DNA from: Microthyrium microscopicum
Taxonomy: Eukaryota
Assembly (NCBI GenBank): GCA_010405405.1
Contig: MU004231.1
Span: 3,528,401 to 3,592,400, forward strand
Length of the DNA stretch: 64,000 nucleotides
Direction of reading: 5' to 3'
Shown piece by piece: positions 25,601 through 37,758 of this stretch. The position numbers and the translations under genes are program-made. Position 1 is the first letter of the stretch. Each line of letters starts with the position of its first letter. The notes under the pieces are model-generated. The model worked only from the letters and a program-made list of their open reading frames with translations. It ran no database searches and was not told the origin of the DNA.

Positions 25601-26444
25601 CAGTCATGAGTTCTCCATGAACAGCCAAGGTCTATCGACTGAGAATATCAAATATGCTTGTTTTCAATACTGTACTAATCGGATTATTTCCATCATTGCT
25701 AGCACGCTATGAATGTACCAGTCGAAAGCCAACTTTCGCTATCCCAATCTCTGGCACATGTCACGATGTGTAGCCTTGTAGGCTCCCGTCTGTCAGCCCA
25801 CTCTTTGGGAGCATTGCTTCTTGGGAGCCAGCCCTTCATCCGTCCTTTGAATTTCCGCCTGCCATGACTCGGACGTATGAACCGAAGTCTTCGTAATATA
25901 CTACATGGCATGACTTTCGAGTTATGCGCTGTGCTTCTGAGCAGTGACAGATGCTTACTTCATGTCGGAGCATCGTAGGATTATCAGAACGGCCCAAGGT
26001 CCAGCTTGGGCATCACAGAACTCAAGCCGGCTTCGATGAATGACCTTCTGATTCTACGACTATTAAAGCTCTTTCCTCATCGAAAAGTCAGAGCAAAACT
26101 TCATATTTGCCACTCTGGTAGTCCTATACTGCCTAAATGAGCAAGCCTGGCCGATACAAAATACCATATAGAGAAGTCAATACTGCTCCATAGCTTCTGA
26201 TTCTAGTCATACTAACCCACTCTACAGTCATAGGTCATTCCACTGAGGTTTCGAGGCCACAATTGAGAGGTATAAAGTCTCTACACTCGTCCCTCCAACC
26301 CACTTCAACTTTCCTCTCCTCCACACTCTTCTCCAAATCTTCTCCATCCAACACTGCTCATCAATTTTGCCTACCAGCAACTCTTCCACTGCCCAGTCTA
26401 CTACATACCACTCCCAACCACTACTAACTCTTGCCCACCAAAAA

Positions 26445-27022
26445 ATGGCTGGAGACCCCACTACTTCAATGGAGGCCGACAACGTCCTCATCGCTGTCCT
26501 TGCTTACTGCAAGAAAAACGGCACCGTATGTTCTCACCGGCTGCTCCAACAAAACCTTTCAATCCCCGCCCGCTAACTTCCTCTCGCAGAGCTACATTGA
26601 GCCTGTTCGCCAGCTCTACAATATTCAGGCGGACCAAGACAAGGGCAAGAACGCCTTTGCATGTGCGATGCGGAGATTCAAAGCTCCCATAGAAGCTCTC
26701 CTGGCCAAGGAAGCTGCTGTCACCTCGTAAGTTCTTTTCTCCAAGTGTCTGTCATCTCAACAACTGACTGTGCTTCCTTTTTCCAGTGGTGGCGCCGTCA
26801 CCGTCCCAACCGCCAAGCCAGTCAAACGCAAGGCAAACAACAACGACGGTAAGTTTCCTACATTCAGCTCGGTTCAGTATACTAACATATCTAATAGACG
26901 GAACCACCAAGCGCAAGAAGCCTGCTGCCAAAAAAGCTAAGGCGGCAGTTTCTGAAGATGAAATGGAGGAGGAATTTGGCGCCGTGAAAGCGGAGCCGGT
27001 TGAGGATTCCGAGGTCGTCTAA
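26445..27022 (+). CDS. Small 4-exon hypothetical nuclear protein (~134 aa): helical N-terminus, Lys-rich linker, acidic tail
   Basis: Exons 26445-26525, 26590-26726, 26787-26848, 26898-27022. All three introns have canonical donor, branch and acceptor sites and preserve frame. TATAAA at ~26271. Confidence 0.8.
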
Positions 27023-28026
27023 CTTTCACCTGACTACCAATACTCTTGGCCTGTGGCGGGAATGGAAATGATAGCATTGCGGTGGGGATCTCTTTTGTCT
27101 GTCCATCTTTGAATAGACTCTCAGCATAGCGAGCGGCTGCGAAAGGTTTTGTCGTGTTTAGCCTGCTCAGGGAATGGAATGATACTTGAAAAACAATCTG
27201 AATCTCTACTGCCCATGTGAGTTTTCTGCTCCCATGATAAGTGAGCGAAATGCTTAGTATTTCCATCGCTTGGTTGTCTGCCATGTGTTGTGCCATGCTC
27301 GGTTCTTCCATTAGCTTCGAAATCAGATATGTACTCTGTTCTTTCATCAAGTGCTGCTTGGCCATCACCTTCAGTGTCTGCTTTCAGCTTTGCTATGCTA
27401 TCAGCTTCCGTGTCTGTCACCCACCCTGCTATGCTCGGTGCTTACATCAGTTTCGGTGTCTACCATTAGCTGTGATATGCTGCCGTGTGCTGATTTTATC
27501 GTCAAGTATAATGAGACCTATGAGTTGGAGGTATGTGATGGGAAACAAGCGGCGAGCTTTCGTCAAGTCTCTTGTTTCTCATTTGCTGTGTCGAAAATCT
27601 ATTCCTCTAGTGACTGGAGCACATGTTAGCCAAAGAACAATTGGACTAAAAAGTGTCTGAATAGGAATTGTCTTGGCTAGACCAAAAGATGTCCTCATTG
27701 GACTAGAAAATGCCTTTACCAACAATTTATGATGCCTTCGACAGGGAAATGTCTTTACGAGAAACTTTCCGGACGAGGAAATGTCATAACGGGAGATTGT
27801 CTTGACAAGAGAATGCTTCATCCAGAAGCCGGTCTCTACAAGAAACTGTTCGGACCAGAGAATGCATTCAAGAGGAAGCATGTTGTCGCCATTATGGGAA
27901 GACTTAGTACTCTAAATTACCATTAAAGTAGATTGGCGAATACCTCACGCTCCTTACACAGCATGTCGTAAATTCATTCATTAGAAAGGCTCCATTCATC
28001 ACTCATCAGATATCAAGTGGCGCTTA

Positions 28027-29890
28027 TCATAGCAAAAATCTAAAACCTTTCTGGATGGCTGCCTCGGATCCAGCAGCCTGTACCGCGCCTTCGACGAGAT
28101 TGCCTCTGTCTAGCTTGCGATTCAATCGCATTAGCATTACCTAAAACTTGTTAGTACAGGACGTTGGAGTCTAGAGTTGGCCATTTTCTCGTATTAGGCA
28201 TCATGACAGGACTGGACTTCAGTGACGTAAGACGAGAAAGAGGTGAGCTAACACGGGGAGATTCTTACCCTTAACACAGCTGCTCCAATAATCGCGACTC
28301 CCACCGTACCACAATTGACAGCAAACGCCATAACTGCATCTCACCATTAGCTCATATTTCACCAAGAAAGTCATTCAGCTTACCATATCGCGGCGATGCA
28401 CTCTGGGGATACAAATAACTCGCCCAAATGCTCGACGCATTACTAACCGCATTGATCAGCGCCAACGCCGCCGCTCTTTTCGCTGGTGGTCTCGGAATCG
28501 AATTGCTTATCCACGCTAAACAGACCACATATCCAGTATATACGCCCGGCACCATCAGCATCATACTGACATAACGTGCCGCCGTACTCGTCGCACACGC
28601 CGCAATGATGAATGCCGCTAAGCCAACACATAACGGCAACACGACATGTAAGAAGCGCTCGCCCGTTCGATCTGCATGCCATGCGTTGGCCATGCTCGTG
28701 ATGACAGCGAGCACATAGGGTGGTGTAGTAAGCAGGAGAGTTTGGATGGTGCCGAAATTTAGTGTTTGGACGACGGTGGGAAAGAAATTCGTTACAGAGC
28801 CGGCGGACACGATGCCTGTGAGGATGAGGGTGAGGACATAGACTTTTGGGTCCTTGACGGCGAGCGCGAAACCGTGCCAGATGGATTGCGCGGAAGAGGA
28901 CGTCCAGTCGTCGACGCCAATGTCTTCTTCGAGACGCCAGACAGCGAGGGCACGCTCTTGGGGCGTGAGCCAGGTGGTGGTGCGTGGAAAGTTGGGGAGG
29001 ATGAAGAAAGAGATGAATGCGATGGTTATTGTAACTATGCCCTCGATTATGAAGAGCCAGCGCCTAGTCGATTTGTCAGTAGGGAAAATAATCGGGACCA
29101 GGGGAAGTGTACCATGCGCGCAGGCCATGAACGCCATCGAGACCGCTGGTTATACCGGCTGATATTAACCCAGAGAAGGCGCCTGAGACAAGGGAACCGG
29201 AGTAGAGAAGAGCGGTTCGGAGACCAAGTTCTTTGCGTGTATACCATGAGGACAAATAGAATAATGCGCCTGGGAAGAAAGCGGCCTCAACGAAACCAAG
29301 AAAGAACCGTACAGCAATAAGACCACCGTAGCTGTGAACTCCCGCTGTCGCTGACGAGATGACTCCCCAGACTATCATACATGTCGGAAGATATACAGCC
29401 GGAAGTCCAATCTTGTTGAGGAAAAGATTGGATGGAACTTGCATCAACAAATAGCCCACAAATAAGATCGATATTGTTGTCTAGTATCATCAGCAAGTCG
29501 AACGCTAGTGAGAGAAGAGACACCGACTTGATACTGGCTCGAAGTCAAACTAAGTTCGTCCTGTATTCCCTTTCCATTTGGTCCAGCGATTCTTGCCGAA
29601 GCAATGTTGTTACGATCTAGATAATTCATAATATAAATCAGAATGATCATAGGCAAAAGACGCAAATCAATCTTTTTTCTCAACTTCAACTCCAAAGCCC
29701 CAAGCTCTTTATCACTTAAACCCACAAGTTCATCGGGAAGTTTGACACCACGACCAGCCAATTGCGCCGGTCCATTGTCAACAGTGCCAGTGACACCATT
29801 CGCATCCTCCATAGATTCGACGCGAAATTTGGTTTGCTCATCCATATCGGACTGCGGAACTTGGGAGTACTGATGAGATGTAGCCATCAT
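28027..29890 (-). CDS. MFS transporter, anion:cation symporter (Dal5/Tna1-like) family, ~529 aa
   Basis: Exons 29890-29528, 29480-29113, 29063-28384, 28333-28269, 28140-28027. KIDLRLLP, NYLDRNNI, RFFLGFVEAAFFPG, WYTRKE, WRWLFIIEG, GFRFLL*. Confidence 0.93.
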
Positions 29891-30812
29891 GAATAAGGGC
29901 GCGCGGGCCCACTCGTAATATATTTTATCGCCCTACAGGTGGATTGACAATTTGACAAGCACAAGCCGGCAGAACTTGAGCCGTTTGGCTGGGCACATTA
30001 CCCCTCTTGCAGCATGAGAGAAGCGCGTATGGTACAGTGGTTGCTGGGTGGTTAATGTAGTATGACGAGGTTGTGACCGGGGAAATGGATAAGGAAGATC
30101 GTCAAGTTGTACCGGCTTCCAATCGCCTTGTTGCTTGGCTGGAGGAGAACAAGCTTTGGGGGAGATCACGAATGGCAATCTGCAGCTGATCGCTCTAATA
30201 AGCTCCAATGGTATGGGAAAATGATCCCGGAGCTTTAGGGATCGAATGGTCCTTCAAAACAGCATTGCGATTCTTGAAAAAGTGGTGGAGTTATAGAGTC
30301 TATAATGGATACGCCAGCTTGAAATAGTTAACAAGGATATCAACCACGATGAGGCTGCGCTGGTATTGGTTCCGCTTTTCGTGTCAGAACCTTAATCGGA
30401 CCGTTGTAGCACTTTTAGCCTCTCCTTCATATACCGTATCGCACAAAAGTTCGAGTATCACAGCCCTTGACTAAAATGCTGTTGAGAATGTGGAAGCGTT
30501 GTCGCATGGGCCAAGACCCTGGTCGAAAAGTGGTTGTTGGCCCGGCGCTAAACTGCCAACTCCGTTACTCGCGTGTCCTCAAGCCAATCTACACTTTTTA
30601 AGTTTTCTCAAAAAAAGAGCCTCTAAACCCCTTACTACCCCTTATCAAATCTTCTACATGATCATTCTTGACTTATAGTGACCAGCGCTTCTTGTCTCCA
30701 GCTTGGTTTCATCCTCCTTCCTCTTGCGCTCTGCCATCACGCGATCAACCTCCCATCGCCAGCCTATATCCCCTTTCGCCAGAGCGCGCATTGAACAACC
30801 ACAACCTTCACA

Positions 30813-31392
30813 ATGCCTTCTATGTGGTTAACAGATAGCCAAAGTAAGCGCGCGCATTCCAACAGAACGTATGGAAACAATGCTGACAGAATTATAGAAA
30901 TCGGAGTAGCCTTCTGCTCCGGCGGTATGTTACCCTGCGACAACTTAACATCCACCCCAGACACTCATGACATCCAGGCGGCTTCTTCCTCATCGGCGGT
31001 GTAATACTCTTCTTCGATCGCGCCATGCTAGCAATGGGCAATGTACGTGCAGCCAGACACGAAGACATAAGCGGCGCATCCATACTGATGAATCTCAGAT
31101 CCTCTTCCTTATCGGCCTCACCCTCATAATCGGTCTCTCCAAAACTGTCGCCTTCTTCGCGCGCCGTCAAAAACTCAAAGGAACCGCTGCATTCGTCGCC
31201 GGCATACTACTCATATTGATGCGCTGGCCTCTGATTGGCTTTGTTGTGGAACTCTATGGCATTTTTGTGCTGTTTGGCGACTTTTTCGCGACGATCGCTG
31301 GCTTTATATACAATGTACCATACGTCGGGCCACCGATTGCGCAAGCTATTGAGAAGATTAGTGGACGGAGGAACGCAGAGCTGCCTGTGTAA
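30813..31392 (+). CDS. GOT1: Got1 ER-Golgi transport membrane protein (~138 aa)
   Basis: Exons 30813-30843, 30898-30924, 30978-31042, 31099-31392. MWLTDSQKIGV, FFDRAMLAMGNILFLIG, ELYG...LFGDFF, ELPV*. Confidence 0.93.
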
Positions 31393-31795
31393 ATTGAGAA
31401 ACTTGGTACATCTTTGTCATTGGCGTCTTGGGAACAACCATCCATGAGGGCATGAGAGCAATTTGGCGTGTGGAGTTTGAATAATACACCTACGAGATAG
31501 ATTTGGCAGGCGTTACGCAAAGAGCATGCAAGGCAATCTGCATATTGTTCCAGCGGGTGCATGTATAGCTAGTCTTTACGCAAGAGCTGCGCGGCTAGTG
31601 TAGTGCAAATGGTTTAATGAGACGCGCTTTATCACACAAAATACACACATAAATCAAGAAATGGAGTCATAAAAGCGTCAATGGCTCTTGTATGTGTTCG
31701 CAATTGCGCTCTAGAAATGTATTGCCAAACGCCCACCCATCCTCCTTCTGCGCCCGAATCCGTATTACGCCAAAGATATGAATGTCATTACACCG

Positions 31796-33121
31796 TTATT
31801 CGTCCTCGCTACTGCTCTTAGACTTATTCGCAGCACGATTTGCAGCTCGCTCGCCTGTTTCACAGTACTTGACGATCCAAGGATGCTTCTGTACCTCTTC
31901 TAGCGATATCCGCTTCTCTGGATCAAGCACCAACAACTACCACAACGTTAGCTTCGGCATCTCGAACAGCATACAGACAAACTTACGCGTTGAATCAGAT
32001 CCTTTGCCTCGCGACTAACGTACGGCGGAATCGTCATATCACACCTTGTTATCCGTTTCTGCGTCATAACTTGCGTATCCTCAAACGGCGCCTCTCCCAC
32101 CAAAAACTCATATGCCAGCACCCCCAGACTCCATAAATCAACCTTCTCATTATAATACCCATCGCCACCTCCCTTCAACATCTCCGGCGGCAAGTAATCC
32201 AGCGTTCCGCAAAATGTCTTGCGTCGATTGCCAGGTGTATGCACACTCCAGCCGAAATCGCTGATCTTGATTTCTCCATGTACACCAACGAGGATGTTCT
32301 CGGGCTTGATATCTCGATGGATTATGTGCTTCTTATGCAGGTATTTCAGCGCACTTGCCATCTGCGCTATATATTGTGCGGCTCGGTATTCGGGGAAACG
32401 ATGGACTTTGCGTAGTGCTTTGTATAATTCTCCGTGGGCGGCGAATTCGATCACGAGGAAAATCCGTTTTGTGTCGTGGAAGTGTCCGAATAATCGCAGT
32501 ACGTTTGGGTGCGCGAGGTTGGATTGGATCTCGATTTCTCTGCGTACTTGCTTCTCGACACCAGAGCCGATTTGTAGCTCGCTTTTGTGTAGGACTTTGA
32601 GCGCGCAGACGAAGCCGGTGGCTTTTTCTTTAGCGAGATAGACACGGCCAAATTTTCCTTTGCCAAGGGGTCGGCCGATTTCGAATTGGCCGAGATTCCA
32701 TTTGCGGTTGGGAGAGAAGAGTGGGATTTCGGGACGGTCGGTGGCTTCGGAGATGCGGATTGTGGATGTAGTCGTAGTCGTGGCTGCGATGCGCTCCTTT
32801 TGCCCATCTTGTACGGAAACGGCGGTGACTTTTGTGATGGATGCGTTGGCGCCTTTGAGGACGTTGCTGGCTGCGAGTTTGCCAAGGGGGAGCTTTAGGC
32901 GGTTGGGCTGGTTGGTTGAAGTACCAAGTCCTGTTATTGAGATTGCGGCTGATAATGAGCCCTGAAATTGGTTAGCTGAATGAACATGTATATTAGTTTG
33001 TAAGGGCAGTTAAACTTACCTTTGGTTTGTGGGTGTATGTTTCTGTCGTAAGTGCTGGGTCTACATTTTGATCACTGAGCGAGATTTGCTGCAACTTGGC
33101 TTGCAAGTCGGTGGTGTCCAT
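31796..33121 (-). CDS. IPL1: Aurora kinase (Ipl1/Ark1), ~405 aa
   Basis: Exons 33121-33020, 32961-31987, 31936-31796. [59 protein letters not shown]. Confidence 0.95.
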
Positions 33122-33587
33122 GGCGAGGGATGGACTTGAAGATGAAGTTTAAGGATGAGCGAAAGAGAAGAAAAACCACGAGACGGAGAGTCTACGAGAT
33201 CTCGGCAGGTCAAGGATAGCAGTCGATGTTCCTTGGATGGAGGTTGAAGCTCGCACTGTTTGGAATCGAATGAGGGAAATACTTGGGGGTTGCCATGACT
33301 ACGCATCCCGATTCAGAAGCCACAACCGAATCATCACGTGCTGTACCTTTCCTCAGTCTGCGATCAGCGAATTATCCATCAGCTGGAACCATGGGATTTT
33401 CTATGACCAAATAACTTGCTCTGGGTTGCGAAGAACGACTTGACCGCAGACAGGATTTCATCGACTAGTGCAGCTTGGATTCTGTTCCGCAAACCTTTGA
33501 AGCTCTGGATCTCGAGTGCTTGGCCACGCCATCTCAAGTTCAGGCCTGCAGTTCGAACAGCAGCAACGCGAGCAGGAAACATTCGTC

Positions 33588-34449
33588 ATGGCCACGCTTA
33601 ATGGTGCCACTGATGTGTCGGATGGTGTTGAATCCATAACCCAGAAAGGTTTCAAGGTTTCGACTCGAAAGCTCCCTATCCTCAAGGCCGGTCCAATTGA
33701 AGACATGACTGAGAAGCTTGGAATCACTGTACCAGAAATGATATTCGGAGACAATTATGTTCGGGTTGAGCATGTCAAATCTGGATGGGGCATAGAGTTC
33801 AATACGTTTGATGCGCTCGACAGAGTTGACAAAACTGGCGACAAGATGCTCAAAGTGTCATACTCAAAAGAGTGGCAGGATAACAGGTTAGAAACCTGCC
33901 AAAGCTTGTTTCTTGTACTAGGCTGAGCATTCGTATAGGCAGCACGTCCATTCCGACATCAAGGAAGTAATTAAGCCGTTCGACTGGTCCTATACAACAG
34001 GTTATAACGGAACGCTTCTACCATCTGATAGCTCACTACCCAGCTTCAGTTCTTCGGCGCAGGGTCTTCCCGTTCAACTCCTAATGCGAAGAGATCCCCT
34101 TCTCTTTGTAGGCACCACTGATCTATTTGAAGACGAACTTGCGGATAATGGCATGTCTATATTCACTGTTAAATATCGAGTTATGCCGGACCGCCTCCTT
34201 GTTCTGGCTCGCTTCTTTCTGCGACTCGACGGGGTCATTTTCCGCATCTTCGATACTCGAATTTATGCAGAGTTCTCTACTGGAGAAATCATTCGAGAAC
34301 ACCTGGAGCGGGAAGAAAATTACGACACCGTCAAGAGCAAGATTGGTAATCGAGATGACATTGCAAGCGTTATGAGACAGCCAGACTTGTTGCTGGAATT
34401 GTGTCCCATCATCAAAACAACTCGAGAGCGACTCGAGCTACCAGTATGA
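33588..34449 (+). CDS. TIP41: TIP41-like PP2A/TOR pathway regulator (~269 aa)
   Basis: Exons 33588-33886, 33939-34449. KLPILKA, PEMIFGDN, FNTFDAL, KPFDWSYTT, LFEDELADNG, RFFLRLD...DTRIY. Divergent from Aurora; CACGTG at 33335. Confidence 0.93.
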
Positions 34450-35852
34450 TTATGTTATATTGCATGATAACACGAAAGGGCACAATTAGCAGCGTAGCCT
34501 CGACTTCTTGTTGGCTGGAGAGCCTGGCCCATGGTCAGTTTACTCTCGATGCACCGATTATTCCGGGAACCTTGAGTCGAAGTTGACTGGTAAAGGTCTA
34601 ATCTTGGAATATCGGTGGGCATATCGACGTCTCCTTTATCATATTTTGACACAAACACATTACTGAATCATCGTGAGCGATGACGAGACTTGATTGTTTG
34701 TCCCTGGAATCAATCACCTCTGACAGCCCCACAAGCGGCAGGCTTTGAAGTTTTTGATCCGAGTCTAATTTGGGCTCTTACGAAACAAACGTGGGATAGG
34801 ATGGGGAACCTGGGTCCAGAATGCAGCGAGCTGCGTGGTGTATGCCTGAGTTGGTAAGTACACATTGAACCCAGGAATCTTCATCTGCCCTTAAAACAAA
34901 GTTATGCCAGAAGCTTTTGCCAATGCTTGAAAATTCCGTGCAGCCAATGATAATTACTTGAACTCATAAAAGCGTACTAGTCTACTAGATGGCTATATTT
35001 GGCATCGAAGCAGCACCATGGAACCTGTATAAAGACATAAAAAATAGTTTCCTGCCCTATAAGGAAAAGTGACTTCCTTTATTATTTCAATATGGTCCAG
35101 GAACCGTTTGACAAGCCTACTGTTGTCTAGCAGTTTTGCAGATCAGCGCCTCAAAGCATCCAGGCATTGGTAAGATCCTTGATATTTGGTGTCAACCCAA
35201 CTTCCCCCTTTCATCGCTTTTCAAGACGCAGCAACTCAAAGCCTCTGATGGACCACGAAGATGCTGAGTTTCCGTCCATATTCCTTAATACTGTCGCTTC
35301 CTTTATTAGTCTCAGTACCAATAATTGATATCCTTTGACTGGAGGACATTCTCGACGCGCTGATGCACCAATAAGGAACCTGAAACATTTATACCTTCAA
35401 ACACTTGCAGTTTGACAAGTCCACGTCCAGAGCTGCCATAGGCCATTGCCTTCTTTCAACATCACCAGTTCCACTGCTCTGCTTCGTTTCATGCACGTTG
35501 AAATCTGAAGCTATGCGTGGCGAGCAGTTCCGGCCCACTCTTGGCCTGTCCAGATTCAGAAAGCAAAGCGATGTTTTCGAATGTCCATTTCTCGCGCCGG
35601 TAGTCGCTCCATAGGCCTGCTCCTTCTCCTGTCAATAGCTTTTATTCCCAGGTGGCGCTTCAATGAGACAATGCCGACATTGTTCAGGACTCTCTCCTCT
35701 ATCAACCTTGACGGCCTACATTTCTCCAGTCTCTCATTTGGCCCAGGCTTTAATTTCTTCTCAAAAATGCGCTCATATCCCCATGCCGCATAACGATTAA
35801 CTTGCTCACCCACATGCTCTGGCGCCAACCCTCTTTCTAACTTTCTCACATC

Positions 35853-37630
35853 ATGTCAGCCTACTATCGTTTATCTAGTGACGACGAAGCACAGGATTCT
35901 GATCGACTTTTACCCTCTCCAACTTTGGATGAAAAATCTGGTGCCACAAATCCCAAGGTCAGAGGCTTGGAAATAAACGCCAGGGCAGCACAGCTCCTAT
36001 CACCTGGAGACATTCTGTTCACGCCAAGGACACCAAGAACACCTCTCTTATTAAATTCAGAGCCAAGCCTTCTCCAAGAAGCTTCGACAAAGAAACGAAC
36101 CTTAAAATGGTCTTCAGCATACATACTCATCATATCGAGAGTAGTAGGGAGTGGTATCTTCGCTGCTCCAGGTGTAATAGCTCAGTCAACAGGTAGCGTC
36201 GGCCTCGCCTTGGTACTATGGCTCGTCGGTGCTGTAGTAGCAGCATGTGGACTCACCGTCTCCATGGAGCTGGGCTGTATGCTCCCAAGGAATGGTGGAG
36301 AGAACGTCTATCTAGAGTTCATCTATGACCGACCGAGGTTTCTGGCGAGCACCATCATCGCCGTCCAAGCAATGCTACTAGGCTTCACCGCTAGTAATTG
36401 TGTAGTCTTTGGAAAGTACATACTATTCTCCTTTGGCATAACAGAAGCCTCCGACGCAGCACAAAGGATGTGTGCCGCCGGACTCATCATCATCGTCACC
36501 ATCATCCACGGCCGCTGGCTGAAAGGAGGCATAATGCTCCAAAATATCCTTGGCTGGATCAAAGTAGCAGTCATCGCCTTCATCGGCATCGCCGGTCTAT
36601 CCGTCCTGGTCGCCAGACCACCCAACCTCGACCACTGGCAACAACAATCTCTATCCATCTCTACCCTCTTTGAAGGCTCCCAATGGAACTTTGGCACCAT
36701 CGCCACCTCCTTCTTCAAAGTCTCATATGCCTACTCAGGCTACGATAATGTCAACAACGTGCTTGACGAAGTCAAAGATCCCGTCCGCACACTCAAATCC
36801 GCCGCTCCCGCCGCCATGATCTCCATCTTCATCTTCTACCTCCTTCTCAACGTCGCCTACTTTCTCGTCGTCCCACTCGAGGAAGTTAAAAGCAGCGGTG
36901 AACTCGTCGCCGCACTGTTCTTCGAACGACTCTTTGGTGATGGCTTTGGCTCCCGCGTATTACCCATCCTCATCGCCCTCTCGGCCGCCGGAAACGTCAT
37001 GGTGACCACCTTCGCCCAGGCGCGCGTCAACCAAGAAATCGCGCGCCAGGGATTCCTCCCATTCAGCCGCACGCTGGCTGGTAGCTCGCGCTGGGGCACG
37101 CCTCTGGGCGGGCTAGCGATGCATCTCGTGCCATCGCTCACAGTCATCCTTCTACCACCACAGGGTGCCATTTATAGCTTCATCTTAGAGCTCAAGGGCT
37201 ATCCAGCACAAATGACCAGTCTAGCAGTATGTGCTGGTCTCCTATGGCTGCGGAGTCGAAGACCAGATCTCCGGCGGCCGTTCAAAGCATACCGGTTGGC
37301 AGTATATCTGCCCATCGGCTTAAACATCGCCCTGCTCGCAGCGCCATTCTTCCCACCAGCCGAAGGCCGGGAAGAGTATAGTTTGTGGTACGGCACCTAT
37401 GCGGTAGTAGGCATATCAACGTAAGAAATTCTATACATCACACCTATGCCCTTGCTAACCGATGCAGTGTCGTCATAGCTGTATTATACTGGTATATATG
37501 GATACATCTACTACCGCGTCTGTGGCGTTACGATATCGACGTGATGCAAGAAGAGTTGGACGATGGAACGATTATCAACAAGCTAATCAGAGTGCCCAAA
37601 GATATCAAGTACAAGGAGGTCACTCAATGA
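35853..37630 (+). CDS. APC-superfamily amino acid permease, Mup1/methionine-permease-like (~576 aa)
   Basis: Exons 35853-37420, 37468-37630. SRVVGSGIF..PG, ELGCMLPRNGGE.VYL, YSGY, ARVNQEIARQG.LPFS, RPFKA; about 12 TM segments. Confidence 0.9.
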
Positions 37631-37758
37631 CAAGCGTTATTTTAATGTTACTAGAATCAATGTATAGATTCATGATCTATAAACTTTCAAACTACACTGC
37701 TAAACCGTGATCCTGGCCCATGAAAAAAACACTACTTAAACAATTTTCAAAAGAAACG

